Source: Candidatus Omnitrophota bacterium (GTDB taxonomy: Bacteria > Omnitrophota > Gorgyraeia > Gorgyraeales > Gorgyraeaceae). Taken from it: DNA of 64,000 nt. The notes under the pieces were generated by a model, which was not told the DNA's origin, made no database searches, and saw only the letters and a list, made by a program, of their open reading frames with translations. Location: positions 2,314-66,313 of the forward strand of contig DNHS01000051.1 of assembly GCA_003485765.1 (NCBI GenBank), read 5' to 3'. The position numbers and the translations under genes were made by a program. This document shows positions 28,405 through 38,683 of this stretch, piece by piece (the first letter of the stretch is position 1; each line of letters starts with the position of its first letter).

Positions 28405-29138
28405 GTTATATCCTTAAAAATTTTTAAAGGGTATTCCTTTGTCATCTCTTCTCCTACCCATTTCACTGCTTCCTGCGGCGAAAGCCCCAGATATGTGGGG
28501 CAGGGAGAAAGAACTTCAACTATTGAAAAACCAACATTTTTAATCTGATTTTCAAATGCTTTCTTTATTGCCCGCTTTGCCTTTAACACATTCTGCGGAT
28601 TATTAATAGCAACTCTTTCTGCGTACATGACACCTGACAAATTAGATAATAGCTCGCAAACCCTTAATGGGAAACCATGTATTTTCTGGTCTCTTCCTAA
28701 AGGTGTAGTTGCTGTCTTCTGTTTTAACATCGTTGTAGGCGCCATCTGGCCGCCTGTCATCCCATATACCGCATTATTCACAAATATTATTGTGATATTC
28801 TCTCCTCTGTTAGCGGCGTGGATTATCTCTGCTGTCCCTATCGCAGCCAGGTCTCCGTCTCCCTGATAACCGAAAACTATTTTATCAGGCCTTGTCCTTT
28901 TTATGCCTGTTGCAACGCTTGGGACTCTGCCATGCGCTGCCTCTGTCACGTCAAAATTCCAGTAATCATAGGCTATGACAGCGCATCCTACAGGAGCTAT
29001 ACCGATCAGTCTTTCTCTTATATCAAGCTCATCTACTATCTCGCATATAATACGATGCACAATGCCATGGCCGCAGCCGGCGCAATAATGGGTAACAGCG
29101 TCTTTCATACTTTCTGGCCTACTGCTAATTTTATTCAT
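28401..29138 (-). CDS. 2-oxoacid:ferredoxin oxidoreductase, beta subunit (TPP-binding).
   Basis: The sequence carries the YCAGCGHGI cysteine motif and the GDGD TPP-binding motif. Confidence 0.9.
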   Translation of the reverse strand: MNKISSRPESMKDAVTHYCAGCGHGIVHRIICEIVDELDIRERLIGIAPVGCAVIAYDYWNFDVTEAAHGRVPSVATGIKRTRPDKIVFGYQGDGDLAAIGTAEIIHAANRGENITIIFVNNAVYGMTGGQMAPTTMLKQKTATTPLGRDQKIHGFPLRVCELLSNLSGVMYAERVAINNPQNVLKAKRAIKKAFENQIKNVGFSIVEVLSPCPTYLGLSPQEAVKWVGEEMTKEYPLKIFKDIT

Positions 29139-30192
29139 AGATTTTTTCTATCTCTTTTATTATTTCGCTCTCGCTGGGCACCTGTCCCCCGCTTCTTCCA
29201 TAAAAATAAACAGGCTTTGAACAATCTATGGCAAGCTTCACATCTTCCACCATCTGGCCGCAGTTCATCTCTATAACTAAAAATGCTTTTACTTTTTTCG
29301 CCAGTTTCTTAAATTCTTTCTCAGGAAAAGGCCATAAAGAGATAGGCCTTAACATCCCTATTTTTTTACCAGTTTTGCGCAGTTTTTCAACAACGCTCCT
29401 TGTGATTCTGCTGGGAGTGCCATAAGCTACCAGCATAACCTTGCTATCGTCTCCGTATAAAATTTCGCAGCGCTCTTCTTTATCTTTTATTTCGTTATAT
29501 TTCTTCTGCAATTTCAAATTCAATCTCTCCAGTTCCCCTTCGGCAAGCAAAAGAGACCTTATTATCCGCGGTTTCCTTCCCTTGCACCCGTCCAGTATCC
29601 AGTCTTTTTTACCAAAACTTTTAACTTTAGACTTTAAACTTTTAAACTCTACTGGCGCCATCATCTGGCCTAATATTCCATCGCCCAGTATCATAACAGG
29701 CATCCTGTATTTATCCGCCAAGTCAAACGAAAGCATTGTTAAATCAGCTATCTCCTGCACAGATGCCGGCGCAATAACTATTTGGTGATAATCGCCATGG
29801 CCTCCGCTTTTAACTGCCTGGAAATAATCGCTCTGGCTTGGCCCGATATTACCTAATCCTGGCCCGCCTCTCATAATATTAACTATAACTGCTGGAAGTT
29901 CGCATGCAGCAAGGTAAGATATCCCTTCTTGTTTCAAGCTAATGCCAGGGCTTGAAGAAGAAGTCATCGCCCTGACGCCTGTAAGAGACGCCCCGAAAAC
30001 CATATTTATCGCAGAAATCTCGCTTTCAGACTGTATAAAAACTCCACCCACTTCAGGCATGCGTTTTGACATATAGCTAGGGAGCTCATTTTGAGGCGTA
30101 ATAGGATAGCCTGCGTAAAACCTGCAGCCTGCTATTATAGCCGCCTCTGCGATTGCTTCGTTTCCACACATTAAAACTTTTTTCATTTCCAA
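29131..30192 (-). CDS. 2-oxoacid:ferredoxin oxidoreductase, alpha subunit.
   Basis: The N-terminus MCGNEAIAEAAIIAGCRFYAGYPITP is typical of the POR/KOR alpha subunit. Confidence 0.9.
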   Translation of the reverse strand: MEMKKVLMCGNEAIAEAAIIAGCRFYAGYPITPQNELPSYMSKRMPEVGGVFIQSESEISAINMVFGASLTGVRAMTSSSSPGISLKQEGISYLAACELPAVIVNIMRGGPGLGNIGPSQSDYFQAVKSGGHGDYHQIVIAPASVQEIADLTMLSFDLADKYRMPVMILGDGILGQMMAPVEFKSLKSKVKSFGKKDWILDGCKGRKPRIIRSLLLAEGELERLNLKLQKKYNEIKDKEERCEILYGDDSKVMLVAYGTPSRITRSVVEKLRKTGKKIGMLRPISLWPFPEKEFKKLAKKVKAFLVIEMNCGQMVEDVKLAIDCSKPVYFYGRSGGQVPSESEIIKEIEKIYE

Positions 30193-30202
30193 CCTACGAA
30201 GT

Positions 30203-30406
30203 TTATTTATAAATCGTTATGCATAGATCAGGGCATATAATTGCGCAAAAAGAGCACCCTGAGCATCCGTCTTTTTCTATAAATCCAACAGGATACACGC
30301 CTTTTTTATTGAGCGACTTGGATTGTTTTATATGGCCTTTTGGACAATATAAAATACAAAGCCCGCAGCCTTTACATTTTTCTATATCAATCTTTATCTT
30401 AGGCAT
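30203..30406 (-). CDS. 4Fe-4S ferredoxin-type delta subunit of the 2-oxoacid:ferredoxin oxidoreductase.
   Basis: Two cysteine cluster motifs are present: CKGCGLCILYCP and CSGCSFCAIICP. Confidence 0.85.
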   Translation of the reverse strand: MPKIKIDIEKCKGCGLCILYCPKGHIKQSKSLNKKGVYPVGFIEKDGCSGCSFCAIICPDLCITIYK

Positions 30407-32315
30407 AGTTATTTTTTATAGTTTCTGCTATTTTTTTAGAGGATAACCCATACTTATCTAATAATAAAGCCCTGTCCCCATGTTCAATAAATTTATCAGG
30501 CAAGGCTATATTTTTAATTATAATATCTTTCTTTATTTTATCAATGATTAATTCCAAAACGCCTGAACCAAACCCTCCTTCAAGAACGCCTTCCTCTATT
30601 GTAAACAATCTGCCTGTCTTAAAAACTGACTGCGCTATTAATTCTATGTCCATGGGCTTTATAAATCTCGCATTTATGACTTCGCAGTTTATGCCTTCGT
30701 CCATTAAAAAAGATGCTGCCTCCAACGCAATATTAGACATATAACCAATATTTACTATTGTAGCGTCTTTGCCTTTTTTTAATAGCTCTCCTTTGCCTAA
30801 AGTTATAGGAGTTCTCGACTCGTCCGCCAATGCCGTAATAGCGGACTTGCTCGAACAATACTTGTAGCTTGCGCCGCGCGGATATCTTATTGCAACAGGG
30901 CCTTTATCATAAGAAACAGCCCAGCTAAACATATTATTCAATTCTTCTTCATTTCTTGGAGCCATAGACACAATATTCGGCAAATGCCTTATATAACTCA
31001 TGTCAAATGTTCCGTGATGCGTAGGCCCGTCTTCTCCCACAAGGCCTGCCCTATCAAGCATTAAAACTACATTCAAATTCTGGAGGCACACATCATGGAA
31101 CAACTGGTCATAAGAACGCTGTAAAAAAGTAGAATATATGGCCACCACGGGTTTAAAACCAGCCCTTGCCAAGCCCGCTGCAAACCCCACAGCATGCTGT
31201 TCAGCCATGCCTACGTCAAAAAATCTATTAGGAAAAAGATTCGCAAATTTATCAAGGCCTGTGCCTTCCGGCATTGCAGCTGTTATAGCTACTATCCTTT
31301 TATTCTCTTTAGCTATTTCTACTATTTTATTGCCAAATGCCTTTGTAAAACCTTCTTCAGGCGTAATATCTTTCGCTAGAGCTATTTTCTCGCCTGTATT
31401 CACATTAAAGCTAGATATGCCGTGAAATTTTTCAGGCCCTTTTTCTGCAAAACTATAGCCTTTTCCTTTTTTTGTAACCACATGCAGCAGAATAGGCTCA
31501 TCCAGGTTTACAATATTTTTCATGGTATCTATAACCGTAGTCACGTCATTTCCGTCAATCGGCCCAAAATACCTGAACCCAAGTTCTTCAAAAAGCATTC
31601 CAGGAACAAGAAGATTTTTAAGCCCTTCTTCTAACCTTCTTGCTGAACGTATAACGCTGAAACCAAAGCGAGGGACTTTTGAAAGAAGTCCCTCAATATC
31701 TTTTCTTATCCTGTTATATGCAGGCGCTGTAATAATTCTATTCAAATATTTACTCAACGCCCCAACACTTTTGGATATACTCATCTCATTATCATTCAGG
31801 ATAACAAGCATGTTTTTATGCAAATGGCCTGCGTGATTTAAGGCCTCCAATGCCATCCCTCCTCCAAGAGACGCGTCTCCTATAACTGCCACAACTTTAT
31901 AATTTTTATGCTCTATATCCCTCGCCGCAGCCATACCGAGCGCTGTAGAAATAGAAGTTGAGCCGTGGCCTGTGGTAAATACATCATACTCGCTTTCATA
32001 TTTATTCGGAAACCCGCTAATGCCTCCTGCTTTACGAAGCGTATTGAATCTGTCTTTTCTACCCGTTAAAATCTTGTGGGCATACGCCTGATGCCCCACA
32101 TCCCATATGATAATATCTTCAGGCGCGTTTAAACAATAATGAATGCCTATTATAAGCTCGACTGCCCCAAGGCTTGACGCTAAGTGCCCACCCGAAGAAG
32201 CCACATTGTTTATAATAACCTCTCGTATCTCCTGCGCTAAAATAGGTAATTTATCTACGCTGAGTTTTTTTAAATCTAATGGGCTATTTATACTATCCAA
32301 CAATCTCTCTGCCAT
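30399..32315 (-). CDS. dxs: 1-deoxy-D-xylulose-5-phosphate synthase.
   Basis: The sequence carries GHLASSLGAVELIIGIHY, DVGHQAYAHKILTGR and TPP/transketolase-like motifs throughout. Confidence 0.95.
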   Translation of the reverse strand: MAERLLDSINSPLDLKKLSVDKLPILAQEIREVIINNVASSGGHLASSLGAVELIIGIHYCLNAPEDIIIWDVGHQAYAHKILTGRKDRFNTLRKAGGISGFPNKYESEYDVFTTGHGSTSISTALGMAAARDIEHKNYKVVAVIGDASLGGGMALEALNHAGHLHKNMLVILNDNEMSISKSVGALSKYLNRIITAPAYNRIRKDIEGLLSKVPRFGFSVIRSARRLEEGLKNLLVPGMLFEELGFRYFGPIDGNDVTTVIDTMKNIVNLDEPILLHVVTKKGKGYSFAEKGPEKFHGISSFNVNTGEKIALAKDITPEEGFTKAFGNKIVEIAKENKRIVAITAAMPEGTGLDKFANLFPNRFFDVGMAEQHAVGFAAGLARAGFKPVVAIYSTFLQRSYDQLFHDVCLQNLNVVLMLDRAGLVGEDGPTHHGTFDMSYIRHLPNIVSMAPRNEEELNNMFSWAVSYDKGPVAIRYPRGASYKYCSSKSAITALADESRTPITLGKGELLKKGKDATIVNIGYMSNIALEAASFLMDEGINCEVINARFIKPMDIELIAQSVFKTGRLFTIEEGVLEGGFGSGVLELIIDKIKKDIIIKNIALPDKFIEHGDRALLLDKYGLSSKKIAETIKNNYA

Positions 32316-32336
32316 ATCCTAATCCTAATCCAATTC

Positions 32337-32491
32337 AAACAACTTTACAAAATGACATTCAGACTGTGTTACAATCGGTAGCCGCAGGCTTTAGCCTGCG
32401 ATATGTTGCGCAACCTAAAGGTTGCGGCTACCATATATAGGCACCGATGAGGATTACAACACAGTCTGAATGTCAAAATGTAAAGTTGTTT
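32337..32491. repeat. Expanded composite copy of the palindromic element: 35-bp inverted arms flanking an 85-bp GC-rich nested-hairpin core.
   Basis: The arms are AAACAACTTTACAAAATGACATTCAGACTGTGTT and its near-perfect reverse complement. The core contains GGTAGCCGC...GCGGCTACC enclosing the hairpins GCAGGC-TTTA-GCCTGC and GCAACC-TAAA-GGTTGC. The right arm supplies the last 5 codons and the stop of ispA. Confidence 0.7.
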
Positions 32492-33288
32492 AGCATCAAA
32501 TCGCCTAATTGTGCTAACTTATCTGCTTTTTTGCCAAAAATCTTTAGATAGCTTTTTGCTTTGTTTGCTAAAGCTCTGGCTTTTTCTTTTGTGAGATATT
32601 CGCCATATAGTTTTACATATCCGTCTTTATCCTTTAAATCATCAAATAGCTGAAATGCAAGGCCGATATCTCTTCCGAAATTTCCCAAAGCATTTATTTC
32701 CAGCTTACTTGCGCCTTTAATAATCCCGCCTGATTTAACTGCAACTTCAAACAGCACTGCTGTCTTCTTTAAATTAATATATTCTATCTCTGCCCTCTGC
32801 CCTCTGCCCTCTGCCCTTTTTTTTAAAATATCCACAACCTGTCCGCCTATTGTACCGCGAGTCCCAACTGCTTTTGATATCTCTTTTATTGCCTTTATGC
32901 TGCCTGATTCTGCTATCACCTGAAATGCCAGAGTCAGAAGTCCGTCCCCTGCTAGAAGCGCTATATCTTCTCCGTATTTTTTATGGCATGTTTTTTTGCC
33001 GCGCCTGAAATTATCATCATCCATACATGGCATATCATCGTGCACAAGGGTATAGGAATGCGCTAATTCTATGCCGCACGCAACAGGTATTATTGAGTTA
33101 CCTTTTCCTCCGCATGCCTCAAACCCTGCAATAGCAAATATAGGCCTTATTCTTTTGCCTCCTGGAAATACTGAATACCTCATGGCCCTGTGTATAATCT
33201 GAGGCTTCAGCGAACATGAAGGAAGATATCTATCCAAAGCCCTATCTATTATCTTCTTTTTATCTAATATATACTTTTTAATATCCAT
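32473..33288 (-). CDS. ispA: Polyprenyl synthetase (farnesyl-diphosphate synthase / geranyltranstransferase).
   Basis: The first and second aspartate-rich motifs are LVHDDMPCMDDD and FQLFDDLKD. A (CTCTGCC)x4 tandem 7-mer lies in the CDS. Confidence 0.9.
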   Translation of the reverse strand: MDIKKYILDKKKIIDRALDRYLPSCSLKPQIIHRAMRYSVFPGGKRIRPIFAIAGFEACGGKGNSIIPVACGIELAHSYTLVHDDMPCMDDDNFRRGKKTCHKKYGEDIALLAGDGLLTLAFQVIAESGSIKAIKEISKAVGTRGTIGGQVVDILKKRAEGRGQRAEIEYINLKKTAVLFEVAVKSGGIIKGASKLEINALGNFGRDIGLAFQLFDDLKDKDGYVKLYGEYLTKEKARALANKAKSYLKIFGKKADKLAQLGDLMLNNFTF

Positions 33289-33292
33289 GCGA

Positions 33293-33514
33293 TCATTCTT
33301 TAAAAGGTTCCAGCGTAACCTTGCCGTCTTTTTTAATGAGGACTTCTACCTTGCGTTTTGTCTCATCCAGCCTTTTTCTGCAAGCCTGGATCAATTTTAC
33401 TCCCTCTTCATATTTTTTTAATGACTCCTCTAGAGGCATATTCCCGCTCTCAAGCTCATTTACAATCTCTTCCAGCTTTTTCATCATCTCTTCAAATTTT
33501 AATTCTTTTGCCAT
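33293..33514 (-). CDS. xseB: Exodeoxyribonuclease VII small subunit.
   Basis: FEEMMKKLEEIVNELESGNMPLEESLKKYEEGVKLIQACRKRL matches the XseB signature. Confidence 0.9.
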   Translation of the reverse strand: MAKELKFEEMMKKLEEIVNELESGNMPLEESLKKYEEGVKLIQACRKRLDETKRKVEVLIKKDGKVTLEPFKE

Positions 33515-33522
33515 ATATCCTC

Positions 33523-34650
33523 CTACTCAATCCTGCTTGTAAAACTGCCTTTAGAAACTTTTGTTTCTACTAAATCTCCTTTTTTAAGAGATTGGCTATT
33601 TTTTATTATCTTTCTATCTGGAAGTTTGAAACTGATGCTATAACCTCTATCTAAAATTCCAACGGGGCTAAGTATGCCTAATTTTTCAGAAAGCAATTTA
33701 AAACCTTCTTCTTTTAATTCCATATAATGCCTGAATCTTAAGACCATGCCCTCTTCTATCTCATCCAGCCTCTGCTCGTATTCCTTAACTATGTCCATTG
33801 GAAAACCTATTATCTTTTTTTCTATCTCATCAAGCCTGTCCTCAAGCTCGCTCTTTTTTGCTATCACAATTTCTGCGGCTACAGAAGGCGTGGGAGCCCT
33901 CATATCCGCTACAAAATCGCTTATTGTCCAATCTATCTCATGGCCAACTGCGCTTATAATAGGTATCTTTGAGTTATATATGGCTCTTGCCACTATCTCT
34001 TCGTTAAAAGCCCACAGATCTTCCAAGCTTCCGCCTCCTCTACCTACTATCATGACATCCACATTTTTAAGAGCGTTGAATTCTTCTATTGCAGAGGCTA
34101 TCTCTTCCCTTGCCCCATCTCCCTGGACTTTTACAGGATTTATAATCACCTCTACATTAGAAAATCTTTTATTTAAAACATGCAGAATATCTCTTATGGC
34201 AGCGCCTGTTATGGACGTGACGATTCCTATTCTTTCAGGAAGAAGCGGTATCTCTTTTTTATGCGCCTCTTCAAAAAGCCCCTCTTTGAAAAGTTTTTCT
34301 TTCAGTTGTTCAAACGCAAGCTGCAGCTCTCCTACGCCCCTTGGCTCCATCTTTGTTACATAAAGCTGATAAACGCCTCTTTTTTCATATATACTGATTC
34401 TTCCGGAGCATAAAACCTGCATGCCGTCTTTTATTTCAAATTTTATCTTTTCGTTACTGTTTTTAAAAAATACGCATTTTAATTCACTTCTTTCATCCTT
34501 TAATGTAAAATAAAAATGGCCCGAAGAGGGCCTGTCAAAATTCGATATCTCTCCTTCAATCCATATGTTTTGGAATGAGTCCTCCAGCACTATTTTTATG
34601 CTGGCGCTCAACTGGCTTACTGTATAAATATATCTTCCCTTATCTTCCAT
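33523..34650 (-). CDS. xseA: Exodeoxyribonuclease VII large subunit.
   Basis: YTVSQLSASIKIVLE...IWIEGEISNF is the OB-fold N-terminus, followed by the catalytic core. The gene is adjacent to xseB. Confidence 0.85.
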   Translation of the reverse strand: MEDKGRYIYTVSQLSASIKIVLEDSFQNIWIEGEISNFDRPSSGHFYFTLKDERSELKCVFFKNSNEKIKFEIKDGMQVLCSGRISIYEKRGVYQLYVTKMEPRGVGELQLAFEQLKEKLFKEGLFEEAHKKEIPLLPERIGIVTSITGAAIRDILHVLNKRFSNVEVIINPVKVQGDGAREEIASAIEEFNALKNVDVMIVGRGGGSLEDLWAFNEEIVARAIYNSKIPIISAVGHEIDWTISDFVADMRAPTPSVAAEIVIAKKSELEDRLDEIEKKIIGFPMDIVKEYEQRLDEIEEGMVLRFRHYMELKEEGFKLLSEKLGILSPVGILDRGYSISFKLPDRKIIKNSQSLKKGDLVETKVSKGSFTSRIE

Positions 34651-34651
34651 A

Positions 34652-35443
34652 CTAGCGATAATTCTCTATCTTTTCTTTTACCCTTTCTATCAAAAGGCAC
34701 TTGCCGCTTTCATCATCTATCTTCACTATGGCTCCCTGTAATTCCACATTTTTATCCGCTATTTCAAATTTTTTCGGCAGAAGCGTTAAAAAATGCTCTA
34801 CTATTGCGTCGCTTCTTCTGCCTATTACTGAATCCTGGGGCCCTGTCATTCCTAAATCAGTGATATATCCAGTGCCCTGAGAAAATATCTTCTCATCTGC
34901 TGTTTGAACATGCGTATGAGTGCCGAATACAACGCTGACTCTAGAATCCAAGAATATTCCCATGGCTATTTTTTCGCTTGTAGCCTCTGCGTGCATATCC
35001 ACTAAAATAATCTTTGTAACTCTATTGATTTTTTCTATCTCTTTCTCAGCTGCTGTAAAAGGGCAATCAACCGGATGCATAAAAACCCTGCCCAAAAGAT
35101 TTATCACAGCTACCTTTTTCCCGTTCTCCAGAGAAATAACTGTCATACCTGAGCCAGGAGAAGTCTGGGGATAATTCGCAGGCCTTAAAATACGATTGTC
35201 CTTGGAAAGCCTCTCGTATATCTCCTTTTTCTTCCAGACATGGTCTCCTGAAGTTATAACGTCTATCTTATTCTGCAATAGTTCATCTACAGTTTCAGGG
35301 GTAAGCCCTGAGCCTCCTGCAACATTCTCTGCATTTGCAATGACAAAATCAATATCTCTATCTTTGCGTAATCTAGGAACTATTTTTTTAACAGCTTCTC
35401 TGCCAGGGCTCCCGACTATGTCGCCTATTAACAGTATCCTCAT
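34652..35443 (-). CDS. YmdB-like metallophosphoesterase (TIGR00282 family).
   Basis: [18 protein letters not shown]...[12 protein letters not shown] is diagnostic of the family. It lies downstream of rny, as in Firmicutes. Confidence 0.85.
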   Translation of the reverse strand: MRILLIGDIVGSPGREAVKKIVPRLRKDRDIDFVIANAENVAGGSGLTPETVDELLQNKIDVITSGDHVWKKKEIYERLSKDNRILRPANYPQTSPGSGMTVISLENGKKVAVINLLGRVFMHPVDCPFTAAEKEIEKINRVTKIILVDMHAEATSEKIAMGIFLDSRVSVVFGTHTHVQTADEKIFSQGTGYITDLGMTGPQDSVIGRRSDAIVEHFLTLLPKKFEIADKNVELQGAIVKIDDESGKCLLIERVKEKIENYR

Positions 35444-37011
35444 TTAGCATACTCCACTGCTCTTGTTTCGCGTATCACAGTAACTCTTATCTGCCCGGGA
35501 TATTCAAGGCCTTCTTCTATTTTCTTTGTTATCTCCCTGGCTAATCCCATAGCCTGAAGGTCGCTTATCTTTTCAGGCTGTACAACCACCCTTATCTCTC
35601 TCCCAGCCTGTATTGCAAATGCCTTCTCAACGCCTTTAAATGAATCAGCTATAGCTTCCAGTTTTTCAAGCCGCTTTATATAATTCTCAAGGGACTCGCG
35701 CCTTGCGCCCGGCCTTGTAGCGCTAACAGTATCCGCAGCCTGCAAAAGCACTGCATAAATAGTCCCCGGCGCTTCTTCTTCGTGATGGGACGCTATTGCA
35801 TTTATAATATCTGACGCCTCGCCGTATTTTTTGGCCAGGTCTGCGCCTATCTTTGCATGCGGGCCCTCTACTTCATGAGTCACTGCCTTGCCTATATCAT
35901 GCAAAAGCCCTATTCGCTTTGCAAGAGTCACATCCAAATTAAGTTCTCCTGCCATAACTCCCATAATAACGCTTACCTCTTTCATATGTTGAAGCGCATT
36001 TTGCCCGTAACTAGTCCTGTATTTTAATCTTCCTATAAGCCTCACTATTTCAGGATGTATCTTTTGAAGCCCTAATTCAAAAAGCGTTCGCTCTCCTTCT
36101 TCTTTAATAGTAGCTTCCATTTCCTGTTTGACTTTATTGACAACTTCTTCTATGCGGCCAGGGTGAATACGTCCATCCTGCAAAAGCCGCTCTAAACTTA
36201 TCCTTGCTATCTCGCGCTTCACAATATCAAAGCCAGAGAGTATTACAGCCTCTGGGGTATCATCAATAATCACATCCACTCCTGTGGCCATTTCAAGCGC
36301 CCGGATATTGCGGCCTTCTCTCCCTATAATCCTTCCTTTCATCTCGTCATTTGGCAAATTCACAACAGATACGGTTGTATTTATTACATGTTCTGCAGCG
36401 CACTTCTGCATGCTGAGCGAAAGAATTTCCTTGGCCTTTTTCTCCGCAGATTCCCTAGCCCTGTCCTCTATTGCTTTAAAAAGTATTTGCGCTTCTCTCT
36501 GAGCATCAGTCTCCACTCTCTGTAAAAACAGCTTCTTTGCCTCTTCAACGCTCAGGCCGGATATCCTTTGCAGTTTCGCTTTTTCTTCTTCAATAAGCCT
36601 TAAAAACTCATTATGCCTTGATTCAATGGATCTTTCCTTGTCCACCAAAAGAGATTCTCTTCTCTGTATTTCCTTTTCTTTTCTGTCAAGAACATCCACT
36701 TTCCTATCTATATTTTCTTCCTTCTGCACAAGCCTTTTTTCAAGATTGGTCATCTCCTGGCGTCTATCTTTTGTAGTTTGTTCAAAGTCTGACTGTATCT
36801 TGAATTTCAGGTCTTTTACTTCCAGCTCTACCTCTTTTTTTCTGTTCTCAAATTCTTTTCTGGAATTCTCGAGGCTCTTCTTTGCCCTGTCCTCCATCTC
36901 TTTTAGATGCCTCTCTCCGAAAAACTTCCTTATGAAATACCCTGCGAAAAATATCAGGATAAAAACCAGGACTTCTATTGCATAAATTATTATTTTAAGA
37001 TTCGAACTCAT
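35440..37011 (-). CDS. rny: Ribonuclease Y (N-terminal TM, coiled coil, KH, HD).
   Basis: The KH motif is [15 protein letters not shown]. The HD-domain motif is [21 protein letters not shown]. Confidence 0.95.
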   Translation of the reverse strand: MSSNLKIIIYAIEVLVFILIFFAGYFIRKFFGERHLKEMEDRAKKSLENSRKEFENRKKEVELEVKDLKFKIQSDFEQTTKDRRQEMTNLEKRLVQKEENIDRKVDVLDRKEKEIQRRESLLVDKERSIESRHNEFLRLIEEEKAKLQRISGLSVEEAKKLFLQRVETDAQREAQILFKAIEDRARESAEKKAKEILSLSMQKCAAEHVINTTVSVVNLPNDEMKGRIIGREGRNIRALEMATGVDVIIDDTPEAVILSGFDIVKREIARISLERLLQDGRIHPGRIEEVVNKVKQEMEATIKEEGERTLFELGLQKIHPEIVRLIGRLKYRTSYGQNALQHMKEVSVIMGVMAGELNLDVTLAKRIGLLHDIGKAVTHEVEGPHAKIGADLAKKYGEASDIINAIASHHEEEAPGTIYAVLLQAADTVSATRPGARRESLENYIKRLEKLEAIADSFKGVEKAFAIQAGREIRVVVQPEKISDLQAMGLAREITKKIEEGLEYPGQIRVTVIRETRAVEYAK

Positions 37012-37047
37012 GTCAGCACCTCCCAGCTATTTTATGTGAAAGCAGCG

Positions 37048-37605
37048 TTAGTCGGTTATGACACTGGCGAGAGGGACATCTCTTCTTGTAGCAGGGACTT
37101 TATCAAGCAGTTGAAATCTGAAGCCAAGGCCTATCTTTGATCTGCCTTTTGGAAGGCGTCTTAGAAAATTATCGTAATAGCCCTTTCCGTGTCCAATACG
37201 GTTGTTGCTTTTGTCAAAGGCAATTCCAGGCACTATTACCAGGTCTATGTCTTTCAACGCTGCAGATTTTTTATTTGAGGGCCCAATTGGCTCATAAATG
37301 CCGTACGGCCCTTTTTCCAATCTCTTGATATCCCTTAGATATACAGGTTTAATATTTCTATCCTTCGCCAATGTAACCGGTAAAACTACTTTTTTGCCCA
37401 TTATAAGGGCTTTTTTTATTATTGGGCCTGTTTCTACCTCCCCAGTCCCTTTAGAAACATAAAGCATCACGCATTTAGATTTTAAAAAATCTTCATTCAG
37501 AAATAACTTTTTGTGTATAGCTCTGCTTCTTTGTCTCCTTTCCGATCCTTTTTGACTTTTTATTTTTATTTTCATCTTTTTTCTGACAATCTCTTTTGCT
37601 TCCAT
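37048..37605 (-). CDS. 5-formyltetrahydrofolate cyclo-ligase.
   Basis: LYVSKGTGEVETGPII...VVLPV and the GxGxGYYD region (GHGKGYYD) match the family. Confidence 0.8.
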   Translation of the reverse strand: MEAKEIVRKKMKIKIKSQKGSERRQRSRAIHKKLFLNEDFLKSKCVMLYVSKGTGEVETGPIIKKALIMGKKVVLPVTLAKDRNIKPVYLRDIKRLEKGPYGIYEPIGPSNKKSAALKDIDLVIVPGIAFDKSNNRIGHGKGYYDNFLRRLPKGRSKIGLGFRFQLLDKVPATRRDVPLASVITD

Positions 37606-37616
37606 AGCCAGTAACT

Positions 37617-38036
37617 CTATTTCTTGTTCTTTTTCAAATAGTCGTCTATTGCTGATTTAAGGGCCTCTTCCGCAAGCACAGAGCAATGCATTTTCACCTT
37701 TGGAAGCCCGCCAAGCGCTTCAGCAACAGCCCTGTTGGAAACCTGCAACGCTTCTTCTATTGTCTTTCCCTTTACAATCTCAGTAACCATGCTGCTAGTA
37801 GCTATGGCTGCTCCGCAACCGAATGTTTTAAACTTTGCGTCAGTAATTCTGTTATCCTTTACCTTGATGTAAAGCCTCATAATGTCGCCGCACACAGGGT
37901 TTCCTACGTTTCCAATCCCGTCTGCGTCAAGGATCTCGCCCACATTCCTTGGGTTTTTGAAATGCTCCATTACTGTTTCACTGTATTGTGTGTGAAAACT
38001 TTCCATAACCACTCCTTTGTTATAACTTATTCCCAA
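37617..38036 (-). CDS. NifU/IscU-type Fe-S cluster scaffold.
   Basis: The three conserved scaffold cysteines are present within NPVCGDIMRLYIKV, KFKTFGCGAAIAT and the LPKVKMHCSVLAEEAL region. Confidence 0.9.
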   Translation of the reverse strand: MGISYNKGVVMESFHTQYSETVMEHFKNPRNVGEILDADGIGNVGNPVCGDIMRLYIKVKDNRITDAKFKTFGCGAAIATSSMVTEIVKGKTIEEALQVSNRAVAEALGGLPKVKMHCSVLAEEALKSAIDDYLKKNKK

Positions 38037-38682
38037 GGATAACTTCCCTCGGCCTATTAACCTTGGAATAATCTTTTGCTGGTTTTATACTTTTCAAACT
38101 ATCCAGCTTGTTTAAATCTTTCAGCCTGTTGTAAATCAATATCCACGCGCAGTCTTTATTCTTATCAACCTCGCACTTGCCCTTATTGGAACCTCCGCAT
38201 GGCCCGTTCAAAAGGCCTTTTGCGCATCTTGTTACAGGACATATACCTGCTGTCGTATTCAGAACACACTCCCCGCACATAGCGCATCTTTCAAAAAATC
38301 CATAACCTGTCGCATCCAATATAGACCCGAATATAGTATCGCAGCCTATATAAACAGGCCTTTTAGCCCTGTCATTTTCAAACACTGACTGGCCGCCTAA
38401 ACCGCACGCTAGCACCAGAAAAGCATCTGAGTCATCCACCATTTTCTTATTTTTCGCAAAATGAAGCTTGGCCTGGCTTGCTACGCAAGGCGCTTTGGGT
38501 ATTGCCCATCCTGTAACAGTCTTTCCATTTGCCTCAAGCATGGCCTTCATCTCTATGATTTCTTTTTCTCCGCCTGTCTTGCAAGTAGTAGCGCACTCCC
38601 CGCATCCTATTATAAAAATTTTTGACGCAGGGCCAAGCGCCTTTAATATCTCTTCGATTGGTTTTTTCTTAGTGACTATCAT
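38020..38682 (-). CDS. Cysteine-rich zinc-ribbon protein resembling the C-terminal domain of methylene-THF reductase (MetV-like).
   Basis: Several CxxC pairs are present (CGEC, CAMCGEC, CPVTRC, CGGSNKGKC). It is adjacent to the folate enzyme 5-FCL. Confidence 0.5.
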   Translation of the reverse strand: MIVTKKKPIEEILKALGPASKIFIIGCGECATTCKTGGEKEIIEMKAMLEANGKTVTGWAIPKAPCVASQAKLHFAKNKKMVDDSDAFLVLACGLGGQSVFENDRAKRPVYIGCDTIFGSILDATGYGFFERCAMCGECVLNTTAGICPVTRCAKGLLNGPCGGSNKGKCEVDKNKDCAWILIYNRLKDLNKLDSLKSIKPAKDYSKVNRPREVILGNKL

Positions 38683-38683
38683 A

